Source: an uncultured Actinomycetes bacterium (lineage in GTDB: Bacteria; Actinomycetota; Thermoleophilia; UBA2241). Taken from it: DNA of 32,000 bases. Below, in pieces: positions 24,154 to 32,000 of the stretch. A program made the position numbers and the translations under genes. The DNA is taken from NCBI GenBank assembly GCA_963767005.1, contig CAVYCN010000004.1:441301-473300 (forward strand), written 5' to 3'. The notes below the pieces were generated by a model. That model did not search any database and was not told the DNA's origin. It saw only the letters and a program-made list of their open reading frames with translations. Each line of letters begins with the position of its first letter. Within the stretch, counting starts at the first letter, position 1.

Positions 24154-24171
24154 TTTGTCCGTCCGGACAAA
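24154..24171. promoter_or_regulatory. Perfect palindrome TTTGTCCG-TC-CGGACAAA, candidate TetR operator between divergent tetR and the agmatine operon
   Basis: 8-bp perfect arms, 2-bp spacer, in the shared upstream region. Confidence 0.7.
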
Positions 24172-24280
24172 TAAACGGCAGAGGCCGCAAGGCTCCGGGC
24201 CCAGCAGCCCCGGGCGAGGCCAAGTGCCGCAACCGCCGGCCGCCCCGCGGGGGTAGCGCCGATCGTCGCAGGAGGAACAG

Positions 24281-25294
24281 GTGATGGAGAAGACGCTTCC
24301 CAAGATGCGCCGTCTGCGCGGTCGCTCGTTCCTGACCGACCTCGATTTCAGCCGCGATGACCTCGAGGACCTGCTCGCTCTGGCCGTCGCCCTCAAGGGG
24401 CTGCGTGCGAGCGGCCCGCTCATGCCGTTCCTGCCTGGGCAGCACCTCGCCATGATCTTCGAGGCCGCTTCCACGCGCACCCGCGTGAGCTTCGAGAACG
24501 GTTTCTGTGAGCTCGGCGGCAACGCCGTGTATCTGCGGCCCGGCGAGATCCACCTGCCGGGGCGCGAGACCATCGCCGACACCGCCCGCACACTGTCGCA
24601 GTACGATTCCGCGATCGTGATCCGGTCCAAGGCGAACGAGACGGTCAACGAGCTCGCCGCCTGGTCGACGGTGCCCGTGATCAACGCGATGGACCACGAC
24701 CGTCACCCCTGCCAGAGCATGAGCGACGCGCTCACCATCCTCGAGCACGCCGGCAAGCTCGCCGGCACGACGTTCGCCTACATCGGCGACGCCGCGCACC
24801 CCTGCAACTCGCTGTCGACGACGCTCACCAAGCTCGGCCTGCACGTGCGCGTCGGCAACGCCCCCGGCTACGAGATCGGTGACGAGGTGCGGCGCAACGC
24901 CGAGCGCTTCGCGGCCGAGAGCGGCGGCTCGTTCCTGCTCACGCACGATCCGCTCGAAGCGATCGACGGGGCCGACTTCATCTACACCGACTGCTGGTGG
25001 TGGACCGGCCAGGAAGAGGAGTACGCCGACCGCATCGCGGCCTTCAAGCCCTTCCAGGTCAACGCCGAGTTGTGGAGCCACACCAAGCCGGGCGCCCGCT
25101 TCATGCACTGTCTGCCGGCCATGCGCGGCGAGGAGGTCACCGACGAGATCGCCGACAGCGCGGCGTCGATCATCTTCCCGCAGGCGCAGAACCGCCTGCA
25201 CTTCCAGAAGGGCCTCATGCTGGCGCTGATCGGCATCGACGAGCTGCCGGCCGACCCGCGGCTGCGCGACGTCGGCGCGGCCCTGCTCGCCTGA
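24281..25294 (+). CDS. ptcA: Putrescine carbamoyltransferase-like (aspartate/ornithine carbamoyltransferase family)
   Basis: ASTRTRVSFENGFCELGGNAVYL, HPCQSMSDALTILEH, FMHCLPAMRGEEVTDEIADSAASIIFPQAQNRLH (PTC-like RGEEVTD rather than OTC tail); operon context with carbamate kinase and agmatine deiminase. Substrate residues not proven. Confidence 0.75.
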   Translation: MMEKTLPKMRRLRGRSFLTDLDFSRDDLEDLLALAVALKGLRASGPLMPFLPGQHLAMIFEAASTRTRVSFENGFCELGGNAVYLRPGEIHLPGRETIADTARTLSQYDSAIVIRSKANETVNELAAWSTVPVINAMDHDRHPCQSMSDALTILEHAGKLAGTTFAYIGDAAHPCNSLSTTLTKLGLHVRVGNAPGYEIGDEVRRNAERFAAESGGSFLLTHDPLEAIDGADFIYTDCWWWTGQEEEYADRIAAFKPFQVNAELWSHTKPGARFMHCLPAMRGEEVTDEIADSAASIIFPQAQNRLHFQKGLMLALIGIDELPADPRLRDVGAALLA

Positions 25295-25361
25295 TCGCAG
25301 GGCCGGCGACCATGGCAGCAGCCCGCCGCAGCACGATGTCCAGCGGCTCGAGGCGCGTCTC

Positions 25362-26387
25362 ATGACGCCGCCGGTCGGAGCCGCAGCGCAGCGCGCCCGC
25401 AAAGGCGCCGGCAAGACCGTGGTGGTGGCCCTCGGCGGCAACGCCATCCTGCAGCCCGGCCAGCTCGGCACCTTCGAGGAGCAGCTCGTCAACGTCGACG
25501 CCGCGATGCGCCGCATCGCCGAGCTCGTCGAAGCGGGCTGGGAGGTCGTGCTGACGCACGGCAACGGGCCGCAGGTGGGCAACCTGCTCATCCAGAACGC
25601 CCTGGCCGCCTCGACCGTGGCGCCCATGCCCATGGACGTCTGCGGGGCCGAGAGCCAGGGCCAGATCGGCTACATGCTCGAGCAGGCGCTCTGCAACCAC
25701 CTGGCGCGGCGCCGGCTCGCCGCGCCGGTCGCCACGGTGCTCACGCAGGTGGCGGTCGACGCCGCCGACCCGGCCTTCGCCGACCCGTCAAAGCCGGTCG
25801 GGCCGTTCTACACCGCCGCCGAGGCCCAGAAGATGATGATCGAAGAGGGCCTGGCCATGCGCGAGGACGCCGGCCGCGGCTGGCGTCGTGTGGTGCCCAG
25901 CCCCGAGCCCCGCGAGATCGTACCGGGTCCGGCGATCGCAGCCCTCATCGCGGCCGGCAGCCTCGTGATCTGCTCGGGCGGCGGCGGCATACCGGTCGTG
26001 CGCCAGCGGGGCGGCCAGCTCCACGGCATCGCGGCGGTCATCGACAAGGATCTCGCCGCCGCCCTGCTCGCGCGCCAGGTCGGCGCCGACGTGCTGCTCA
26101 TCCTGACCGACGTGCCCAAGGTCTACCTCGGGTACAACACGCCCGAGCAGCGTGCCCTCGACCAGGTCACGGTCGCCGAGATGGAAGAGTACGCCGCCGC
26201 CGGCCACTTCAAGGCCGGCTCGATGGGGCCCAAGGTCAACGCCTGCCTGCGCTTCGCCCGCGAGGGCGGCACCTCGATCATCGCCGGCCTGACCGAGGTC
26301 GTGCCGGCCATGGACGGGCGCTCGGGCACCCGCATCGTGCCCGGCGCGGCGCCGTCGCGGCCAAAGGCACGCGCCCGGAAGCAGTGA
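25362..26387 (+). CDS. arcC: Carbamate kinase
   Basis: [92 protein letters not shown]. Confidence 0.95.
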   Translation: MTPPVGAAAQRARKGAGKTVVVALGGNAILQPGQLGTFEEQLVNVDAAMRRIAELVEAGWEVVLTHGNGPQVGNLLIQNALAASTVAPMPMDVCGAESQGQIGYMLEQALCNHLARRRLAAPVATVLTQVAVDAADPAFADPSKPVGPFYTAAEAQKMMIEEGLAMREDAGRGWRRVVPSPEPREIVPGPAIAALIAAGSLVICSGGGGIPVVRQRGGQLHGIAAVIDKDLAAALLARQVGADVLLILTDVPKVYLGYNTPEQRALDQVTVAEMEEYAAAGHFKAGSMGPKVNACLRFAREGGTSIIAGLTEVVPAMDGRSGTRIVPGAAPSRPKARARKQ

Positions 26388-26472
26388 TGACGGCAGTGAC
26401 CGCGGCGCCTGGTCGAACGGCGCCGACGGCGAGCGGCGCGTCGCGCAGATCGAGTGTCGAGGAGGCCGGACG

Positions 26473-27576
26473 ATGACCAGGATGATCGCAAGCACGCCGA
26501 GGGCCGATGGTTTTCGCATGCCCGGCGAGTTCGAGCCGCACACACGCATCTGGATGCTGTGGCCGCAGCGCCCCGACAACTGGCGCCTGGGCGCCAAGCC
26601 GGCGCAGCATGCCTGGGTGAGGGTCGCGACGGCGATTGCGCAGTTCGAGCCGCTCACCGTGGGCGTGAACCACGACCAGTTCGAGAACGCTCGCGACCTG
26701 CTGCCCGAGCAGGTGCGCGTCGTCGAGATCGCCAGCGACGACGCCTGGATCCGCGACTGCGGTCCCACGTTCGTCGTGAACGACAAGGGCGACGTGCGCA
26801 TCGTTGACTGGATCTTCAACGCGTGGGGCGGGCTCTACGACGGTCTCTACTTCCCCTGGGACAAAGACCAGCTCGTGCCGCGCAAGATCGCCGAGCTCGA
26901 GCAGGTCGAGCGGTATCGCGCGCCGCTCGTCATGGAGGGCGGCTCGATCCACGTCGACGGTGAGGGCACCGTCGTGACGACCGAGGAGTGCCTGCTGTCG
27001 CCGGGCCGCAATCCGGAGCTCTCCCGCGAGCAGATCGAGGACCATCTGCGCGACTACCTGAACGTCGAGAAGGTCATCTGGCTCGCCCGCGGTATCGATC
27101 CCGACGAGACCAACGGCCACGTCGACGACGTCGCCTGCTTCGTGCGGCCCGGCGTAGTGCTCGCTGCGACCACCGACGACCGCGACGACTGGCGCTACGA
27201 GCTCCTGCAGGACAACCTGCGGGTGCTGCAGACGGCCACCGACGCCAGGGGCCGCGCGCTCGAGATCCACACCGTGCCCATGCCCGCCATCATGGAGATC
27301 ACCGCGGAAGAGGCCTGGGGCGTCGACGCCGCCGAGGGCTCGATCCCGCGGCGGCCGGGCGACAAGACGGCCGCCTCGTACCTCAACTTCCTGATCGTGA
27401 ACGGCGGCATCGTGCTGCCGGTGTTCGACGACCCGAACGACGAGGTGGTGAAGGCCACGATCGCGGCGCTCTTCCCCGAGCGCCGCGTGGTGACCGTCCC
27501 CGGTCGCGAGATCGTGCTTGGCGGCGGCAACGTGCACTGCATCACGCAGCAGCAGCCGGCGCCGCTGCGCGCGTAG
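26473..27576 (+). CDS. aguA: Agmatine deiminase
   Basis: [89 protein letters not shown]. Confidence 0.97.
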   Translation: MTRMIASTPRADGFRMPGEFEPHTRIWMLWPQRPDNWRLGAKPAQHAWVRVATAIAQFEPLTVGVNHDQFENARDLLPEQVRVVEIASDDAWIRDCGPTFVVNDKGDVRIVDWIFNAWGGLYDGLYFPWDKDQLVPRKIAELEQVERYRAPLVMEGGSIHVDGEGTVVTTEECLLSPGRNPELSREQIEDHLRDYLNVEKVIWLARGIDPDETNGHVDDVACFVRPGVVLAATTDDRDDWRYELLQDNLRVLQTATDARGRALEIHTVPMPAIMEITAEEAWGVDAAEGSIPRRPGDKTAASYLNFLIVNGGIVLPVFDDPNDEVVKATIAALFPERRVVTVPGREIVLGGGNVHCITQQQPAPLRA

Positions 27577-27615
27577 GGCTGCCCGTCCCGGCGCTCCCGC
27601 CGTGCGCACGGGCCG

Positions 27616-28610
27616 TCAGCCGATGTGCGTGGGCAGCCTGTTGCCGCGCGACGCCGCGTCGAGCGTCCAGAGCGCGCGGCCCTGGTCTGCCGCCGGGCTG
27701 CCCGACAGCGTCGAGGTCGACAGGTCGTTCAACGAGCACGACCGCCAGTAGCCGGCGTTCCAGGCGTCGCCGAGCACGAACCGGCAGTGCTGCCAGAGCG
27801 ACCCGTTCATGCCGCCGGCCAGTATGAGCCAGGCGGAGCGGGCGTCGACCGGCACGTGCTGCGCCACATGCGAGAAGTCGACGACGTCGTCGCGAAACAC
27901 CCAGCCGCAGTCCGCCGCGGTGCAGTTCAGGTCGAAGCCGCTGTCGCGGCAGGCCCAGATGGTCGTGTCGGCGACGGTGAAGCCGACCGGGCCGTTGATC
28001 TCGAGGCCGGCGCCGTAGGGTCGGCGCGAGTCGCCTGCGCCCTGGATCAGGCAGCCGCTGATCGTGCAGTCGCGGCAGGCGCCGCCGCCGTCGTAGCTGA
28101 TCGCCTCGCTGCCCTGGGGTGCGAAGGTGCAGTCGGTCAGGTCGATAGCGTGGTAGCCGACGACGTCGGACACCGGCCGCTGCGTGCACTCGAAGCCCAT
28201 GCGGCCCTGGCCGGCGATCCGGCAACCCACGAAGGTGAGTCGAAGATGTCGCCGTTCGAGACGTTGACGCTGATGCCGTTCCAACCCCCGCCCGCCTCGA
28301 CGACACAATCGCGGAACGTGAGGTCGTGGCAGGGCCTGTCCAGCGTGAGCACGGCGGTGGGCGCCGTGCCGCCGCGGAAGGTGCAGTGGTCGAAGACCAC
28401 GCCGAAGCTGCCGGCCGGCACCTCGTAGGTGGTGAACGTCTTGTCCCTGAGGGTCACGTCGACCAGCGCCGATGAGCTCTGCGCCGGGGTAGACACCGGG
28501 GTCGACGCGGGCGCGCCGCCGCCCGAGCCGCAGCCCGCTAGGACCACGAGCCCCGCCGCGAGGAGCGCGATCCGCCCGGCGATGGTCGTCGCCGGGCTGC
28601 GCCGCGGCAA
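27616..28610 (-). pseudogene. Lipoprotein with right-handed beta-helix-like repeats, frameshifted near 28240
   Basis: N-terminal lipoprotein signal AAGLVVLAGCGSGGG and DVTLRDKTFTTYEVPAG...DLTFRDCVVEAGGGWNGISVNVSN in ORF 28137..28610; continuation LRLTFVGCRIAGQGRMGFECTQRP...DLTDCTFAPQGSEAISYDGG... in ORF 27616..28308, a different frame. Confidence 0.7.
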
Positions 28611-28648
28611 CGGATCTCGCCCCCGCGGTTTGCCGCCGCGTGCCGCCG

Positions 28649-29860
28649 TCAGAAGGTCACCACCTGCCAGGTGGCGCCGCCGTCCGAGCTCAGCAGGAGC
28701 CGGCCGGGACGGCCGTAGGTGTTCCCTGCGGTGTCGACCGGACCCAAGACGACCACGGCGTGGGTCGGCGAACTGAAGCCGAGGTCGGCCCAGGTCACGC
28801 CACCGTCAAGTGGGTTCAGCGCCGTCGTCCAGGCGTGGCCGCCGTCGGCTGAGCGGTAGATCTCGCTCCCGCCGCTGGCGGCGCCCACGAGGAGCGTTGC
28901 GGGTGATCCGCCGGCGATCGTGACCGGATCGCCGCCTCGACTCGGTGCGCCGACCTTGGTCCAAGTGGCGCCGCCGTTCGCGCTCACGTACACGAGCTTC
29001 GCCACGCTGCCGGCTGCGGCGCCGCCGCCGTCGAGGAGCGCGAGCGACTTCGCCGAGGTGACCGCCACATCCGCCGGCGAGTAGCCCGGCAAGCTCGGCA
29101 CAGGATAGGTATGCACCGTCAGGCCGCCGTTCTTCGTGACGAGCACGCCACCGCTGGCGAGGAGAGCGGCGGTGCCGGCCTGCGTCGAGATCAAGTCGGT
29201 GGGATCGGGGAAGTCGTACTCCTTGACGGTGGCGATCTTCGTCCATGAGCCGCCCGCAAGCGGCCGGCGCAGCAGCGTGGCGCTCTGGCTCGACGGGCTG
29301 GGCTGCACGAGGGCCAGCGCCTGGCCGTCGATCGTGGCGAGCGACAGGATCGCGCCACTCGGCGCCGCGGCAGGCGTCCACTGGCCGCCGCCGTCGGTCG
29401 TCTCCCAAAGGCCCTTGCCGAAGACGAAGCCGTGCGAGGGCGTGGCGAAGCGGATCCCCCAGACGCCGGCAGCACCGCCGCTCTGCGACTGCGGCCAGCC
29501 GATCTCGACGGGCGGCGCCGCGCGTCGGGTCCAGGTCGTCCCCCTGTCGCGGCTGCGCACGACCACAGCGCCGCGGCCGGGCGCCGTGCCGAGCACGAAG
29601 GCCTCGTTCAGCGAGACGAACGTGACGGAGGTGGCCCTGAAGCCGGCCGGCACGGTCGCGACGGCCGGCGCGCTCGACGTGGGCGAGGTCGTGGGCGAGG
29701 CGGTGGTCGGCGCGGCGCGTGGGCTCTGCGACGCCGGTGAGCTCGAGCTCACCGGCGTCGCAGAGCCCGAGCCTTTCGAGCCGCAGGCCGCGAGGGCGGT
29801 GGACAGAACGACGACCGCGACCAGACAGGCCGTGGCGGACAGGGGGCGCGAGCGTGACAT
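28649..29860 (-). CDS. Lipoprotein with BNR/Asp-box (Ycf48-like photosystem-assembly-type) repeats
   Basis: Lipobox VVVLSTALAACGSKG; repeated VRSRDRGTTWTR, WETTDGGGQWTP, YVSANGGATWTKV, YRSADGGHAWTT, LLSSDGGATWQVV. Confidence 0.85.
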   Translation of the reverse strand: MSRSRPLSATACLVAVVVLSTALAACGSKGSGSATPVSSSSPASQSPRAAPTTASPTTSPTSSAPAVATVPAGFRATSVTFVSLNEAFVLGTAPGRGAVVVRSRDRGTTWTRRAAPPVEIGWPQSQSGGAAGVWGIRFATPSHGFVFGKGLWETTDGGGQWTPAAAPSGAILSLATIDGQALALVQPSPSSQSATLLRRPLAGGSWTKIATVKEYDFPDPTDLISTQAGTAALLASGGVLVTKNGGLTVHTYPVPSLPGYSPADVAVTSAKSLALLDGGGAAAGSVAKLVYVSANGGATWTKVGAPSRGGDPVTIAGGSPATLLVGAASGGSEIYRSADGGHAWTTALNPLDGGVTWADLGFSSPTHAVVVLGPVDTAGNTYGRPGRLLLSSDGGATWQVVTF

Positions 29861-30066
29861 GGCCTACTGACCTCGCTTTCGCTGGCGACGAGAGCCGGGC
29901 GGCGCCGGGCGACGTGCCGTCATCCGGGGTGGCGAGTAGATTCCGTGCACGTGCAGTTTCTCCTACATCCTGCCGTGTTAAGGAAATCGATGGTCCTGTG
30001 CCTGCTTTGGACCGTGTGGCGCGCGGACTTCTTCACTGAAGATGTCCACGCGGCCGGCCGCGTCGG

Positions 30067-31275
30067 TCACTCGCCCTCGGTCGCGGCGCGGGCGCGTGCG
30101 ATGATCTCCTCGATCACGGCGCCTTTCGCCTCGGCGTAGTGCGACATGGTCGACCATTCTCGGGCGGCGAGCTCGCGTTTCGTCTGCGCGTAGAGCTCGC
30201 GCTCGTGCGGCTCGCCGCGCAGGCGGTCGCGCAGCAGGAGGTAGCGTTCGATCTCCGGCGAGCCGGCGGAGAAGACGTGGAGATGCAGAGCGCGGTCCGG
30301 CGTGCGCAGCATGCGGTGCTCGTGGAACTCGGGCTCACGGATGCGCAGCTCGTAGCCGGCGATCTCGAGGGCGGGCAGGTAGGCGGGCTCGTCGGCCGAG
30401 TCGGCGACCACGAGCAGGACATCGACGATGGGCTTGGCCGCGAGGCCCGGCACCGCCGTCGAGCCGATGTGCTCGACGAGCAGGGCGCGCTCGCCGAGCG
30501 CCGCGCGGATCGTGGCCGTGTGCTCGGCGAAGCGCGCCGCCCACGCCGGGTCGTGCTCGACGAGCACGATCGGCGTCTGCTCGATGGCGCCGACCGTCAC
30601 CTGGCGGAGGTAGTCGGTGAGCTCGTCGGCCGGCGCCGCGCCGGCCGGTGTCACCGGCAGCTCGACCTCCATGTACCACGACAGCGGGTCGGGCGCCCGC
30701 CCCGCGGGCAGCTCGGCAGGCCGGAAGCCCAGGCTGCGGTAGAGGGCGACGGCGCCGAGGTTCTCGCGGTAGACGTTGAGGCTCGCGCGGGCGCAGCCGG
30801 CGGCGCGCGCGCTGCGCAGCAGCTCCGCGACGAGCGACCGTCCGACGCCGCGCCGGCGGGCGTCGGGCCGGACGATGACGCGGCAGAGGTGGCACCGGTC
30901 TGCGGCCCCGGGGAGCCACTGCCCGAAGGCCACCGGGCCATCCGCGTCGGCGGCCGCCACGTTGGTCGCGCCGTCGAGGTCGACCTGCTGCGCCAGACGG
31001 TCGACGTCGAGCGGCCACGTCACCCCGGGCCCCGCCCAGATGCGCGCGCCGTAGGCGTCGTCGATCCACGACGCCGCGGCGACCAGGTCGTCCCTTGTCC
31101 CGTCCCTGAAGACCACGGTCCGATGATACGACGAAGGACCGTGCGCTGAACGGTGACCGTCGGCGGAGCGCGGGAACATGCCGACGGGGGTCGACTCCGT
31201 CGCCTGTGTCGGAGCGGCGCCCGCATGCGCAGGGTACGGGGGTTTTGCGCAAGGAGGCGGAGATGACGATGACAA
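30067..31275 (-). CDS. Fusion of GNAT N-acetyltransferase (N-terminal) with GrpB/UPF0157 nucleotidyltransferase-like domain (C-terminal); true start likely internal, around 31120-31210
   Basis: CHLCRVIVRPDARRRGVGRSLVAELLRSARAAGCARASLNVYRENLGAVALYRSLGF (GNAT); VLVEHDPAWAARFAEHTATIRAALGERALLVEHIGSTAVPGLAAKPIVDVLLVV and RDRALHLHVFSAGSPEIERYLLLRDRLR-type text (GrpB). Confidence 0.88.
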   Translation of the reverse strand: MSSSSPPPCAKPPYPAHAGAAPTQATESTPVGMFPRSADGHRSAHGPSSYHRTVVFRDGTRDDLVAAASWIDDAYGARIWAGPGVTWPLDVDRLAQQVDLDGATNVAAADADGPVAFGQWLPGAADRCHLCRVIVRPDARRRGVGRSLVAELLRSARAAGCARASLNVYRENLGAVALYRSLGFRPAELPAGRAPDPLSWYMEVELPVTPAGAAPADELTDYLRQVTVGAIEQTPIVLVEHDPAWAARFAEHTATIRAALGERALLVEHIGSTAVPGLAAKPIVDVLLVVADSADEPAYLPALEIAGYELRIREPEFHEHRMLRTPDRALHLHVFSAGSPEIERYLLLRDRLRGEPHERELYAQTKRELAAREWSTMSHYAEAKGAVIEEIIARARAATEGE

Positions 31276-32000
31276 GTCAGGCGATCGCGGGCCTCGCGAG
31301 CGCCATCAGAGGGGCCGTTATCGGCCCCGAGGGCCCAAGCTACGACGAGGCTCGGGCCGTCTACAACGGCATGATCGACCGGTACCCCGCACTCGTCGTG
31401 CGGTGCGCCGACACGGCGGATGTGATCGCCGCGGTCAGGTTCGCTCGCGAGAACGACCTCGCGGTCGCGGTGCGCGGCGGCGGGCACAACGGCGCCGGTC
31501 TCGGCACGGTCGACGACGGCCTCGTCATCGACCTCGGAGCGCTGCGCTCGGTGCACGTGGACCCGCTCGGGCGGGTCGTGGACGTGGAGGGCGGCGCTAC
31601 GCTGGGTGACGCCGACCATGCGGCTCATGCCTTCGGCCTGGCGGTGCCCGGCGGCATCATCTCGACCACCGGCGTCGGCGGCCTGACGCTGGGCGGCGGC
31701 ATCGGTCACCTCACCCGCGGTCTGGGTCTGACCATCGACAGCCTGCTCGGTGTCGACATGGTGCTCGCCGACGGCAGCTTCGTGAGGGCCGACGCCGACC
31801 ACCACGAGGACCTCTTCTGGGCCGTCCGCGGGGGCGGCGGGAACTTCGGCGTCGTCACCCGCTTCACGTTCCGCGGGCATCGGGTGAGCACGGTCATAGC
31901 CGGGCCGATGCTGTGGGGCCTCGACGACGCCCCCGACGTGATGCGGTTCTACCGCGAGTTCATCGGTGGCGCGCCCCGCGAGCTGGGCGGCTTCTTCGCC
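31263..32000 (+). CDS. FAD-linked (VAO/BBE-type) oxidoreductase, N-terminal part; continues beyond the window
   Basis: MTMTSQAIAGLASAIRGAVIGPEGPSYDEARAVYNGMIDRYPALVVRCADTADVIAAVRFARENDLAVAVRGGGHNGAGLGTVDDGLVIDLGALRSVHVDP...GVGGLTLGGGIGHLTRGLGLTIDSLL. Confidence 0.92.
   Translation, partial: MTMTSQAIAGLASAIRGAVIGPEGPSYDEARAVYNGMIDRYPALVVRCADTADVIAAVRFARENDLAVAVRGGGHNGAGLGTVDDGLVIDLGALRSVHVDPLGRVVDVEGGATLGDADHAAHAFGLAVPGGIISTTGVGGLTLGGGIGHLTRGLGLTIDSLLGVDMVLADGSFVRADADHHEDLFWAVRGGGGNFGVVTRFTFRGHRVSTVIAGPMLWGLDDAPDVMRFYREFIGGAPRELGGFFA

Noticed and set aside
23981-25633. 550-aa antisense ORF over ptcA
   Set aside because: Shadow ORF opposite a conserved carbamoyltransferase.
1-32000. Searched for CRISPR arrays, transposase or phage genes, toxin-antitoxin pairs and rRNA genes
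   Set aside because: None seen by eye; the only tandem array is the 2-copy 21-bp repeat at 10441-10482.

Overview
High-GC, probably actinobacterial, chromosomal window. Main content left to right: 3' part of an APC-family permease; M20 peptidase; a decayed, internally deleted G1 (eqolisin-type) peptidase; HD-GYP membrane protein; a compact cassette of a radical SAM/PDZ/DUF512-like protein plus an 83-aa protein plus an uncalled 37-aa peptide ORF closed by a perfect 20-bp terminator hairpin; a 993-aa ATPase/PAS/GAF/SpoIIE phosphatase; PfkB kinase; a decayed patch (multi-frameshifted DUF294-type remnant and an Ig-like fragment); an arsenic locus (arsC and metallophosphoesterase on the minus strand, acr3-arsR on the plus strand) whose plus-strand operon continues into hgcA, hgcB and a DUF4213/DUF364 putative heavy-metal-chelation gene; tRNA-Glu(UUC); pepC-type peptidase; D-Ala-D-Ala carboxypeptidase; RsbW-like ATPase; phospholipase-D-like protein; TetR regulator divergent from a putrescine carbamoyltransferase/carbamate kinase/agmatine deiminase operon with a perfect operator-like palindrome between them; a frameshifted beta-helix lipoprotein; BNR/Ycf48-like lipoprotein; GNAT-GrpB fusion; 5' part of an FAD-linked oxidase. 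The two highlights are (1) hgcAB, the mercury-methylation signature pair, embedded in an arsenic-resistance operon, with a Cys-Cys-rich N-terminal extension on HgcA and a DUF364 partner, and (2) the radical SAM-DUF512 cassette with a possible RiPP-like 37-aa peptide. No CRISPR array, phage or transposon was identified. All family calls are by reading motifs; no database search was run.
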